From: Candidatus Margulisiibacteriota bacterium
GTDB taxonomy: Bacteria > Margulisbacteria > Marinamargulisbacteria > JBFWNS01
Length of the DNA stretch: 64,000 nucleotides
Direction of reading: 5' to 3'
NCBI GenBank assembly: GCA_050250935.1
Contig: JBFWNS010000001.1
Location: forward strand, 256,001 to 320,000
Shown here in pieces: positions 29,156 through 38,722 of this stretch (within the stretch, counting starts at the first letter, position 1; each line of letters opens with the position of its first letter). Below the pieces are notes generated by a model. The model was not told the origin of the DNA. It made no database searches and was given only the letters and a program-made list of their open reading frames with translations. The position numbers and the translations under genes are program-made.

Positions 29156-31978
29156 CTATTTTAAAACGGTCTTCAAAAACTGACCGGTATGAGACGTCTT
29201 ACATTTGGCCACCGTTTCGGGGGTTCCGGTTACCAGTAATTGCCCACCACCAGCCCCGCCTTCTGGGCCTAGATCGATCAGGTGGTCCGCGGTTTTAATC
29301 ACATCCAAGTTGTGTTCAATCACAATCACGGTATTGCCGGCATCCACCAAGCGGTTTAAGACCCCCAGCAACTGGTGAATATCGGCGAAATGCAATCCCG
29401 TTGTGGGTTCATCCAACAAATAGAGGGTTTTGCCGGTGCTGCGTTTGGACAATTCTTTGGACAGTTTAATGCGTTGGGCTTCGCCGCCCGACAACGTCGT
29501 GGCATTTTGGCCAATGTGAATATAGCCCAAGCCCACATCCATCAAGGTGTTCAGTTTCGAGACGATAGGGGGAATATTGGCAAACACCTCGAGGCCTTCG
29601 GCGACCGTCATGTTCAGAACATCGGCAATGGTGTAGCCCTTGTAGGTGACTTCCAGGGTCTGGTCGTTATAGCGCTTGCCTTTGCAAACATCGCAGGTGA
29701 CGTAGACATCGGATAGAAAATGCATTTCGATTTTGACGACACCGTCCCCTTCGCAGGCTTCGCAACGGCCGCCTTTGACATTAAAACTGAACCGCCCCGG
29801 TTGATAGCCCCGAATTTTGGCTTCCCGGGTTTGGGCATACAGGTCTCGAATCGGCCCAAAAACCCCCGTATAGGTGGCCGGATTCGACCGTGGGGTCCGC
29901 CCAATCGGCGACTGATCGATGGTGATGAGTTTGTCGATGTGCTCCAACCCATCAATGCGGGTATGGGCCCCAGGACGCTCTTTGCTTTTGAAAAAGTGGC
30001 GCATCAAGGCTTTGTGTAAAATATCGTTAATCAAGGTGCTTTTGCCCGATCCGGACACCCCTGTTACACCAATGAATTGTCCCAAGGGAAAAGAAACGGT
30101 TAGATTTTTAAGGTTATTTTCTGTGGCTCCCACAATGGTGATGGCCTGGTCTTTTTTGGGGGATCTTCGTTTTTTGGGCACTTCGATCTGTTGTTTGCCA
30201 CTTAAATAGGCTGCGGTTTGTGAGGTCGGGTGTTTGAGCAGTTTATCGAAAGGTCCTGCAAACAACACAGTGCCCCCCAATTTTCCAGCGCCTGGGCCAA
30301 TGTCGACCACGAAATCGGCTTTTCGAATCATATCTTCGTCGTGTTCAACCACAATCAGGGTATTGCCCAGGTCTCGGAGGGTCACCAAGGTTTCGATGAG
30401 ACGCTGGTTGTCGCGTTGGTGAAGGCCAATGCTGGGTTCGTCCAACACATACAAAACCCCGGTTAAACCAGACCCAATTTGAGTGGCCAACCGAATGCGC
30501 TGAAACTCGCCGCCCGACAAGGTTCCAGACCGGCGTTCGAGGTTTAAATAGCCCAATCCCACATGGTCCAAAAACTGAAGGCGTTCGACAATTTCTTTGC
30601 GCACCTGTTTGATGATGTCTTGCTCTTTTTGGGTGAAGGCCAAGGCATCAAAAAAAGCCAGTAAATCGGACACGCTTTTCCGGGTCAACTGGTGAATAGA
30701 CTCGTCCCCAATTTTAACGGCCAGGGCCAGGGGTTTGAGTCGGGCACCCTTGCAGGTGGTACAAGATTTGGCGGACATGTAATTTTGAAAAAAGAAACGC
30801 ATGCCTTCCGATTGGGTTTGAATATAGCGACGACGCAGGTTGTTGAGAATGCCTTCCCAATAGGGCAGCGCTTCGTAGGTGTCGGTGACAATGCGGCCCC
30901 GAACATAGGGGTTTTCGGGCATGGCTTTTTCTTGTCCATACAAAACCCAATTGCGTTGGGCTTCCGTTAAGGTGTTAAAGGGGGTGGAAATCGAAAACCC
31001 TTGCTGTTTGGCCACGGTTGCCAATCGGTTGCCATAGATGGTTCCGTTGAGGTTCATGATCTTGGCTGTACAGGTTTTAAGGGAAGCTGTTGGGGTTTCG
31101 ATGACCAAATCGGGGTCAAAATCGAGGGTGTCTCCCAAGCCATTGCAGGTTGGGCAAGCCCCGATGGGGGTGTTAAAGGAAAACAGGCGTGGCGAGATTT
31201 CCGAAAACCCCAGATTGCAGTGCGGGCAGGCCATGGTTTCGGAAAACAAGTGATCCTCGGCTGTGCTGGGCTTGTGGATCACCACCTGACCTTTGGATTG
31301 TTTGGCCGCCGCTTCGATGGATTCAAAGACCCTGGCCCGGTTGTCTTCGGATGTTTCCAGTCGGTCCACCACAATATCGATGCGGTGTTTTTTCTTTTTA
31401 TCGAGGGTGATGTCTTGGTCTACCCGCAGGATTTCGCCGTTTACCCGAACCCGGCTGAATCCCTCTTTTTTGATTTGTTCAAACAGGTCTTTGTACTCGC
31501 CTTTTTTGTCGCTGACCACCGGGGACAACACCATGATGTCTTGAACCCCCCAGGCCATTACCGCATCGGCCATTTCTTGGATGCTTTGGTGTTGAATGGG
31601 TCGGTCGCAGGTGGGGCAATGGGGTTTGCCAACGCTGGCAAACAACAGCCGTAAATAGTCGTAGATTTCGGTGATGGTCCCCACGGTGGATCTGGGGTTG
31701 TGGGAAGACGATTTTTGGTCGATGGAAATGGCAGGAGACAGCCCTTCGATGCGGTCGACATCGGGCTTGTCCATTTGGTCCAAAAACTGCCGGGCATAGG
31801 CTGACAACGATTCCATATACCGGCGCTGCCCTTCGGCATAGATGGTGTCAAAAGCCAAAGAGGATTTTCCAGACCCAGACAGTCCGGTAAACACCACCAA
31901 TTTGTTTCTGGGCAGAGCCACCGACACATTTTTCAGGTTATGAACGCGGGCGCCATCGATTTTAATTTGATTTAACAG
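29156..31978 (-). CDS. uvrA: Excinuclease ABC subunit A
   Basis: GARVHNLKN, GLSGSGKSSLAFDT, zinc fingers, second GVSGSGKS and LSGGEAQR. Start placed at CTG 31978 (GGAGG 7 nt upstream). Confidence 0.97.
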   Translation of the reverse strand: MLNQIKIDGARVHNLKNVSVALPRNKLVVFTGLSGSGKSSLAFDTIYAEGQRRYMESLSAYARQFLDQMDKPDVDRIEGLSPAISIDQKSSSHNPRSTVGTITEIYDYLRLLFASVGKPHCPTCDRPIQHQSIQEMADAVMAWGVQDIMVLSPVVSDKKGEYKDLFEQIKKEGFSRVRVNGEILRVDQDITLDKKKKHRIDIVVDRLETSEDNRARVFESIEAAAKQSKGQVVIHKPSTAEDHLFSETMACPHCNLGFSEISPRLFSFNTPIGACPTCNGLGDTLDFDPDLVIETPTASLKTCTAKIMNLNGTIYGNRLATVAKQQGFSISTPFNTLTEAQRNWVLYGQEKAMPENPYVRGRIVTDTYEALPYWEGILNNLRRRYIQTQSEGMRFFFQNYMSAKSCTTCKGARLKPLALAVKIGDESIHQLTRKSVSDLLAFFDALAFTQKEQDIIKQVRKEIVERLQFLDHVGLGYLNLERRSGTLSGGEFQRIRLATQIGSGLTGVLYVLDEPSIGLHQRDNQRLIETLVTLRDLGNTLIVVEHDEDMIRKADFVVDIGPGAGKLGGTVLFAGPFDKLLKHPTSQTAAYLSGKQQIEVPKKRRSPKKDQAITIVGATENNLKNLTVSFPLGQFIGVTGVSGSGKSTLINDILHKALMRHFFKSKERPGAHTRIDGLEHIDKLITIDQSPIGRTPRSNPATYTGVFGPIRDLYAQTREAKIRGYQPGRFSFNVKGGRCEACEGDGVVKIEMHFLSDVYVTCDVCKGKRYNDQTLEVTYKGYTIADVLNMTVAEGLEVFANIPPIVSKLNTLMDVGLGYIHIGQNATTLSGGEAQRIKLSKELSKRSTGKTLYLLDEPTTGLHFADIHQLLGVLNRLVDAGNTVIVIEHNLDVIKTADHLIDLGPEGGAGGGQLLVTGTPETVAKCKTSHTGQFLKTVLK

Positions 31979-32826
31979 GGGTCTTCCTCCACCACTTCTT
32001 TCATGGTCACATGGGTTTCTAAATGATGCTCCGAGACCTGTCCTTGAAACGTTCCCGAAATAGGGGCGCACAATTTGGGAAAGGCCGAGGCACACAGGGC
32101 CACATGGGCTTCGCCGACCGGAACCCCATACGAGGGATCAAATCCCACCCACCCCAACCGAGGCACGTAGATTTCGGTCCAGGCATGAAGCTCGCTGTTT
32201 TGGGCTTGCTGGGCGTCATAAATATACCCGCTGACAAAGCGGGCTGCAAACCCCACAGACTGGGCCAGACAGACCATTAACATCGCCGTGTCTCGGCAAG
32301 ACCCCACCCCATCTCGAAAGGTTTTTAGGGGGGGATAGGGCCAACCATATTGGCGACTCTCTTTGCGAATTCGGTCGGACAAGCGTTCGTTTAAAACCCG
32401 TAAAAAAGGCATGGCCCGATTCCCGGTTTCGGCGAAAATAGCGGTGGCAAAGGCCACCAATTCGGGGTGGGGCAAGCTGTTTTTAATAAAGGGGTCCAAC
32501 AACAATTTTTCTTGCTCGGTGTAATAGCTGGTGCTCCACAATTGGTCCATAACAATCGGGGGAAAAAACCAGGGGCGGGTTTCGATCAAGGTATAGGTTT
32601 CGAAGGTTAAATAGTCGGACGGGGCTTCAAAGTGAATCCACTCCCAGGTGCTGCCATCAATGGCCATTATGCGATAGCGATAGCTGGGTGCTGGCGACAC
32701 ATTCAACCCATAGAGCTTCAGTTTTTGGCGGTCATTTTCCAGGGGCTGCAATCGAACCAAGTGGGGATTAAACGAAACCGGAGCCGTGTACCGGTAGGAC
32801 AGGGTATGACAAATCTCTAAACGCAT
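31972..32826 (-). CDS. Transglutaminase-like protein (N-terminal Bact_transglu_N plus core)
   Basis: HTLSYRY, GSCRD, ARFVSGY, HAWTE, GWVGFDP (Cys-His-Asp triad intact). Confidence 0.92.
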   Translation of the reverse strand: MRLEICHTLSYRYTAPVSFNPHLVRLQPLENDRQKLKLYGLNVSPAPSYRYRIMAIDGSTWEWIHFEAPSDYLTFETYTLIETRPWFFPPIVMDQLWSTSYYTEQEKLLLDPFIKNSLPHPELVAFATAIFAETGNRAMPFLRVLNERLSDRIRKESRQYGWPYPPLKTFRDGVGSCRDTAMLMVCLAQSVGFAARFVSGYIYDAQQAQNSELHAWTEIYVPRLGWVGFDPSYGVPVGEAHVALCASAFPKLCAPISGTFQGQVSEHHLETHVTMKEVVEEDPC

Positions 32827-32835
32827 GGTCGAATC

Positions 32836-33807
32836 CTAACTTTGGCCTGCTTCTGGGATGGGATTGAGAATAAAAAAGGTTTCAAAAATCAGGTCGCCGA
32901 TGTCGCTTCCTTTGCTTTGAATGCGGTTTAAATAGTCGTGAAGACCAAATTCAAAAATTTCTTGGATTTCAATGTAGTCCAGGTTGGCCTTAAGCCGGCC
33001 CAAGGCTTTTTCAACAGGAAACTTGAAGGATCGCCTGTCGTTCCCAGTAATGGCATGCAGTGCTTTTTGGGCTTGAATTAAAGAAAAGCGAATAGAACTG
33101 GGAAAACTGGAACTCAGCAGTAAAAATTCGGCAATTTTGATGGGATCGACCAAGCCGTATTCTCTTAAATACATTTCGTAGGCGCCCATGGAACGGAGCA
33201 CCGCTATCCATTGGATGAGCTCGAAGGTATTGGCCACGGATTTGCTTTGGGGCAACAGATAATAGTACTTGGCATCCAAAATGCGGGTCATGTTGTCCAT
33301 GCGTTCCAAAAACATCCCCAAGCGACCAAATTGCCATTCGTCGCTGTGGGAGAGTGTGGCATGGGAAACGCCTAAAATCAGGTAACAGCCTTGTTTGATT
33401 TGGTCATAAAGCAAAAATAAATTTTCGGTGGACCAATCGGGGTTGGCACTGGCCTCTCGAACCGTTAAATAGAGGTTATTCAGGTGCCGCCACACTTCGG
33501 TGGAAATATGCTCGCGAACCGATCGGGCATTTTCTCGGGCGGCTTCCAAACAGACCATCATGGAATTGGGATTAAACCGGTCGAAGGTCATGTATTGGGC
33601 CACGGTTTCTTTAGAGGGTTTGGCATAATTGCGGTTAAACAGGTGTTCGTCGCCCACCGCTTTAATCATGGGTTCCCATTGTTCGGTAAAATCTTGGGGC
33701 AGTTCGAGCATCAGATTCAGGGATACTTCCATAAACCGAGACATATTCCGCACCCGTTCCACATAGCGGTTCATCCAGTAAATCGCATCGGCTACCCGGC
33801 TTAACAT
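32836..33807 (-). CDS. Alpha-E domain protein
   Basis: MLSRVADAIYWMNRYVER, ARENARSVRE, LGMFLERMD, FPSSIRF. Confidence 0.92.
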   Translation of the reverse strand: MLSRVADAIYWMNRYVERVRNMSRFMEVSLNLMLELPQDFTEQWEPMIKAVGDEHLFNRNYAKPSKETVAQYMTFDRFNPNSMMVCLEAARENARSVREHISTEVWRHLNNLYLTVREASANPDWSTENLFLLYDQIKQGCYLILGVSHATLSHSDEWQFGRLGMFLERMDNMTRILDAKYYYLLPQSKSVANTFELIQWIAVLRSMGAYEMYLREYGLVDPIKIAEFLLLSSSFPSSIRFSLIQAQKALHAITGNDRRSFKFPVEKALGRLKANLDYIEIQEIFEFGLHDYLNRIQSKGSDIGDLIFETFFILNPIPEAGQS

Positions 33808-35243
33808 GGTTGATCTCCCAAAACCCAGGTGTCTTTACTGCCGCCGCCCTGGGACGAATTGACCACCAACGATCCTTTGCGAAGGGCGACCCGGGTTAAG
33901 CCACCAGGTAACACATGGATATTTTCGCCGTACAGCACATAGGGCCTTAAATCCACATGCCTTCCCTCGATTCCCCCTTCCACAAAGGAAGGGCACCGAG
34001 AGAAATTAAGGGTGGGTTGGGCAATGTAGTTGCGGGGATCGGCCTTAACCTTTTGCCGAAAGGCCTCGTGTTCGGCTTTGGTGGCGTGGGGCCCCACCAA
34101 CATGCCATAACCGCCAGCTTCATTGGCGCATTTCACCACCAATTTTTCGATGTTATCCAAGACATAGCGACAGTCTTTTTCGATGGCACAAATGTAGGTT
34201 TCCACGTTGGGTAAAATAGGGTCTTCGCCCAAATAGTAGCGGATCATTTTGGGCACAAAAGCATAGATGACTTTATCGTCGGCCACACCGGTTCCTGGGG
34301 CATTTAACAGCGCCAATCGGCCCTTTTTATAGACCTCGAACAACCCTGGAATCCCCAACATGGAATCGGGGTTAAACACGGTGGGGTCCAGAAAATCATC
34401 GTCGATGCGGCGATAGAGGGCGTCTACTTTTTGAAAACCCGAGGTCATCCGCATTTGCAAATAGCCATCTTTGACCACCAAATCTTGGGGCTGTAGCAAC
34501 TCGACTCCCATTTGCCTGGCCAAAAACGAATGCTCGAAATACGCCGAGTTGTAGATGCCAGGCGTCAACACCCCAAACTGAACTTTGTCGTTGGACGCCA
34601 CGTGGCGCATCACATCAAAAAGACGGTTGGAATAGTCGGAAATGGGCAGGACATTCAACGATTGAAACAGGGTCGAAAACGCCCGTTTCATGATCTCGCG
34701 GTTTTCCAAAACATAGGCCACCCCAGAAGGGCAACGCAGGTTGTCTTCCAACACATAATATTGGCCATCGGCATCGCGAATTAAATCGGTTCCCGTGATG
34801 TGGCACCAAATACCTTTGGGCGGTTTTAGCCCAATACAAGGCTGTAAAAACCCCTTGCTGGCCAGCACCAACTCTTTAGGAATCACCCCATCATTAAGAA
34901 TTTTTTGGTCGTTATATATATCTTGAATAAACAAATTGAGGGCGGTGATGCGTTGCTTTAGGCCTTTTTCAATGTGCTGCCATTCGTCGTTGGCAATAAT
35001 TCTTGGCAACACATCGACCGGAAAAATACGTTCCGTTCCCTCGTTGTCGTTGTAAACGTTAAAGGTAATCCCCAAAGACAACAACGACTTTTCGACAAAA
35101 TGTTGGCGATCTTGAAGCTGTTTAAAGGAAATGGTTTTAAGGTAGTCGGAAAGGGCTTTGTAGGCCGGGCGAACCCGACCCGATGCATCGAGCATTTCAT
35201 CGTAGATTCCTGCACTGTCGTAGCGGGAAAGTTCGATGCTCAA
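33801..35243 (-). CDS. Circularly permuted type 2 ATP-grasp protein
   Basis: GITFNVY, VLEDNLRCPSGVAY, NSAYFEHSFLA, YRRIDDDFLDP, VVNSSQGGGSKDTWVL. Confidence 0.95.
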   Translation of the reverse strand: MSIELSRYDSAGIYDEMLDASGRVRPAYKALSDYLKTISFKQLQDRQHFVEKSLLSLGITFNVYNDNEGTERIFPVDVLPRIIANDEWQHIEKGLKQRITALNLFIQDIYNDQKILNDGVIPKELVLASKGFLQPCIGLKPPKGIWCHITGTDLIRDADGQYYVLEDNLRCPSGVAYVLENREIMKRAFSTLFQSLNVLPISDYSNRLFDVMRHVASNDKVQFGVLTPGIYNSAYFEHSFLARQMGVELLQPQDLVVKDGYLQMRMTSGFQKVDALYRRIDDDFLDPTVFNPDSMLGIPGLFEVYKKGRLALLNAPGTGVADDKVIYAFVPKMIRYYLGEDPILPNVETYICAIEKDCRYVLDNIEKLVVKCANEAGGYGMLVGPHATKAEHEAFRQKVKADPRNYIAQPTLNFSRCPSFVEGGIEGRHVDLRPYVLYGENIHVLPGGLTRVALRKGSLVVNSSQGGGSKDTWVLGDQPC

Positions 35244-36424
35244 ATCGGGTTTTCCTCCCAGGCTTTTGCAACAGCCGCTGCCACTTTGTGGGCAATGGAT
35301 TTGTCCAAAACCGAGGGAATAATTTCTTCGGGGGTTGGGTTGGGCAACGCTTCGGCCAAAGCAAAGGCCGCGGCCAGCTTCATGTGGCGGGTAATGACTT
35401 TGGCTTTGGCATCGATGGCCCCACGGAATACGCCAGGAAAGGCCAGCACGTTATTCACTTGATTGGGGAAATCGCTGCGCCCTGTGCCCACAATATAGGC
35501 GCCACCAGCCACGGCTTCGTCTGGCATGATTTCAGGAACTGGATTGGCCATGGCCAACACAATGGATTTGGGGTTCATTTTACGGACCATCTCGGGGGTG
35601 ACCACGCCGGCCACACTGACCCCAATAAACACATCAGCGCCGGTCATGGCATCGGTCAACGTTCCATTGCGGTCGAATTTATTGGTTTTGGAGGCCAATC
35701 GGATTTTTTCGGGGAACTCGGCCACATCGTCTCGGGTTTCGCTGATGATGCCTTTGGTGTCGCACACCAAAATGTCGTGAATGGCTTCGTGGTTAGGCGC
35801 TTCAACACCCAAGGCCAACAACAGTTCAGCAATGGCCGTTCCTGCTGCCCCACCCCCATTGATGACGATGGTCATGTCTTTGAGTGATTTTCCTGTTACT
35901 TTTGCAGCGTTAATCAAAGCGGCTAGTACCACAATGGCGGTTCCGTGTTGGTCGTCATGAAACACGGGAATACCCAAATCTTGAAGGGCGGTTTCGATTT
36001 CAAAACAGCGGGGAGAGGCAATATCTTCCAAATTAATGCCCGCAAACACCGGCGAAATATTGCGAATAATGCTGATGAGCTCGATGGTGTTTTGAGATTT
36101 TATGCAAATGGGGAAAGCATCCAGGCCCGCATATTCTTTAAACAACACAGCCTTCCCTTCCATCACAGGAATGGCGGCATGGGCCCCAATGTTGCCCAAA
36201 CCCAACACGGCAGACCCATCGGAAACCACGGCCACAGTGTTTTTCTTAATGGTGAGTTCAGAGGCTTTTTCAACGTCTTTGGCAATTTCTTCACAAACCC
36301 GTGCAACACCTGGGGTGTAGGCCAAAGACAAATCGTGGCGATCGCGGATGGGAACTTTTGAGGTAACTTCTAGTTTTCCGCCCAATTTCTTGTGTAGGGC
36401 GACGGATTCTTCATAAATGGTCAC
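35240..36424 (-). CDS. NAD(P)-dependent malic enzyme (short type)
   Basis: LAYTPGVA, DGSAVLGLGNIG, PVMEGK, INLEDI, FHDDQHGTA, GRSDFPNQVNN. Confidence 0.95.
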   Translation of the reverse strand: MTIYEESVALHKKLGGKLEVTSKVPIRDRHDLSLAYTPGVARVCEEIAKDVEKASELTIKKNTVAVVSDGSAVLGLGNIGAHAAIPVMEGKAVLFKEYAGLDAFPICIKSQNTIELISIIRNISPVFAGINLEDIASPRCFEIETALQDLGIPVFHDDQHGTAIVVLAALINAAKVTGKSLKDMTIVINGGGAAGTAIAELLLALGVEAPNHEAIHDILVCDTKGIISETRDDVAEFPEKIRLASKTNKFDRNGTLTDAMTGADVFIGVSVAGVVTPEMVRKMNPKSIVLAMANPVPEIMPDEAVAGGAYIVGTGRSDFPNQVNNVLAFPGVFRGAIDAKAKVITRHMKLAAAFALAEALPNPTPEEIIPSVLDKSIAHKVAAAVAKAWEENPI

Positions 36425-36523
36425 TAAGCAACTCCTCGTATAGGGCTAAAAAAGGTATTCAAAAAATGGCAATTACTATAGCATTGAGACTCTCAAAATG
36501 CACAGGACTTGTAAAGATAACCC

Positions 36524-38722
36524 ATGAATTTATCCCCTCACCAAGAAGCAGCCCTGGACACCACCCATCATCTGCTGGTGGAAGCCGGGGCAGGATCCGG
36601 TAAAACCACCGTCTTGGTCGAACGAATCATTCGCATTCTTGAAGCGTCTTCAGAGGTTCACCTAAGCCACCTTGTGGCCCTGACCTTTACGGCCAAAGCT
36701 GCTTTGGAACTTCGGGAACGACTTCAAGCCCGATACGCACCTGACTCTCTGGATTCTGCAGAACGCTACCGCCGCCTCAAAGCCATTGCCGCGGCCGATA
36801 TTGGAACCATCCACGATTGGTGTGGTCGGTTTTTACGCAGCACAACCCTAACCACGGGGCTGGATCCACAATTTAGCATTATCGAACGCGAAGAAGCGGC
36901 CCTGCTCTGGCAAGAAGCCGTTGCCCAAACCTGGACCACCTTGTCCGATGGGCAAGATGCAGGCCTTAAAACCCTGCTTAAAGACTTTTCAGCTCCCAAA
37001 ATTCGGGAGATTTTAAAGACCTTGTATCAGCACAAAACCAAGGTGGTCTCCTGGCAAAACCAAGGGAAATTCAATTCGGTTTCGGACCCCTTGCTCCAAA
37101 CCCTTTTGACCCTTTTTTCCCAGTGTTTAACGGCCTTTGAATCGGCCAAGTCTGCCCGGTCTGTTTTGGATTTTGATGGGCTGTTGCTCCAAACCCGCTC
37201 GCTCTTGGAAGCCCACCCCAGTTTGGCCGTTGCCTGGCGAAACCGGGTTCGCCATGTGTTTGTCGACGAGTTCCAAGACACCGATCCCCTGCAATGGGAA
37301 ATTTTGCAATTGTTGTGTTGCGACACCCCCTATTCGGATGGCCACCAAAGCCCTATTAATTTGTTTTTGGTCGGCGATTTAAAGCAGTCTATCTATCGGT
37401 TCCGGGGAGCAGATCCCAGTCTTTTTGCCTCGCTTTTGCCCGTCTATGCCCAAAGTCCTGGCACCCAGGTGGTGCATTTAAGCGATAATTTTCGATCGAC
37501 AGCATCCCTTGTGGGTTTTACCAATGGGCTGTTTGAGGGGCTGTTCAAAACCACCCAAACCTTCTCGATTCCCTTTACGCCAAGCATTGCTCAACGTGCC
37601 GATACTTGCCCAACCCCGGTGCATTTTGTTCTGGTCCCCCCCGATGGGCCTAACGCCGAAACCGAAGCCGTCATTCAACACATTCGCCAGCTGTCCCAGA
37701 TTCATCCTTTTTCGGACATGGCCCTTTTGGCCCGACGGCGCAGCGATTTGGATGCTTGGCAGGCCCTTCTTTCGGCGGCTGGTATTCCCGCTTTTGTATC
37801 CACGTCTCCCGGTTTTTTTCAGAACCAGACCATTATCGAATTGATGGATTGGGTGAAAGCCCTGATCGAACCCGACAATACCTTGGCTTGGGTGGGCGTT
37901 CTTAAAAGTACCCTGTTTGGCCTGAGCGATGATGGCCTATATTGGCTGTTTGAGAAAAAAAACCACACCTTGCCAGACGCCATTGCCCAGGCCGATTTAA
38001 CCCAATCCCCTTTGGGAGCAGCCGATTTGACAAGCTTAAAACACCTTCAAATTCACTTAAGCCGCTGGCTTGAGCGGGCCAAAGCAGAGCCGCTGTCCAC
38101 GGTCTTATCGGGAATTTTAACCGACACCCAAGGCTATGAGCGCTATGCCGCCCTGCCCCACCCCGAGCGTCAACGGCGGTTGATTGGCTTGTTTTTGGAC
38201 CGACTCATGCGGCTCGAAGAAAAACCCTTTCTGGCCCCCTACGACCATTTGCAACTCTTGGACCAAATGAATACCCTGTCCGAAGCCGAAAGCGACTCCC
38301 TCGCGCCTCATATGGACAACGCCATCACCCTGTTAACCGTCCACGCCGCCAAGGGGCTAGAGTTTCCCATCGTCATCCTGCCTCACCTGCATAAGCCATA
38401 CAACGTTGGGGCTTCCGATGTACTGTTGATTTCGCCTACGGCTGGCCTTGGACTCTCCAACCCATCTCCCACCGGCCAAACCCCACAACGACAGGCCGTG
38501 GTAGCAGCCCTGACCCAAGAAACCCTGGAAGAAGAACAACGGTTGTTTTATGTGGCCTGCACCCGAGCCGCCGATCAGTTGCTGCTGTCTGCTGTGTTAA
38601 AAGACCCTCAAAAACCCCTGCCAGACCGGCCCAAATCCTGGCTGGACTTTGTGCTCAGCCAAGGGGAATTGGATGCCGAAAACCGGGTTATTCGCTTTGG
38701 CTGGGGGCAGTATGGGTGGTGA
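36524..38722 (+). CDS. UvrD/AddA-like SF1A helicase lacking the C-terminal nuclease
   Basis: AGAGSGKT, LTFT, VDEFQDT, VGDLKQSIYRFRGAD, NFRS, TVHAAKGLEF, RLFYVACTRA. Confidence 0.88.
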   Translation: MNLSPHQEAALDTTHHLLVEAGAGSGKTTVLVERIIRILEASSEVHLSHLVALTFTAKAALELRERLQARYAPDSLDSAERYRRLKAIAAADIGTIHDWCGRFLRSTTLTTGLDPQFSIIEREEAALLWQEAVAQTWTTLSDGQDAGLKTLLKDFSAPKIREILKTLYQHKTKVVSWQNQGKFNSVSDPLLQTLLTLFSQCLTAFESAKSARSVLDFDGLLLQTRSLLEAHPSLAVAWRNRVRHVFVDEFQDTDPLQWEILQLLCCDTPYSDGHQSPINLFLVGDLKQSIYRFRGADPSLFASLLPVYAQSPGTQVVHLSDNFRSTASLVGFTNGLFEGLFKTTQTFSIPFTPSIAQRADTCPTPVHFVLVPPDGPNAETEAVIQHIRQLSQIHPFSDMALLARRRSDLDAWQALLSAAGIPAFVSTSPGFFQNQTIIELMDWVKALIEPDNTLAWVGVLKSTLFGLSDDGLYWLFEKKNHTLPDAIAQADLTQSPLGAADLTSLKHLQIHLSRWLERAKAEPLSTVLSGILTDTQGYERYAALPHPERQRRLIGLFLDRLMRLEEKPFLAPYDHLQLLDQMNTLSEAESDSLAPHMDNAITLLTVHAAKGLEFPIVILPHLHKPYNVGASDVLLISPTAGLGLSNPSPTGQTPQRQAVVAALTQETLEEEQRLFYVACTRAADQLLLSAVLKDPQKPLPDRPKSWLDFVLSQGELDAENRVIRFGWGQYGW

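Noticed and set aside
31979..32095. N-terminal extension of UvrA in the ORF track
   Set aside because: Lies inside the transglutaminase gene and is not UvrA-like. Similar over-extended starts were trimmed for batE, batA, msbA, GT9, truB and flgH.
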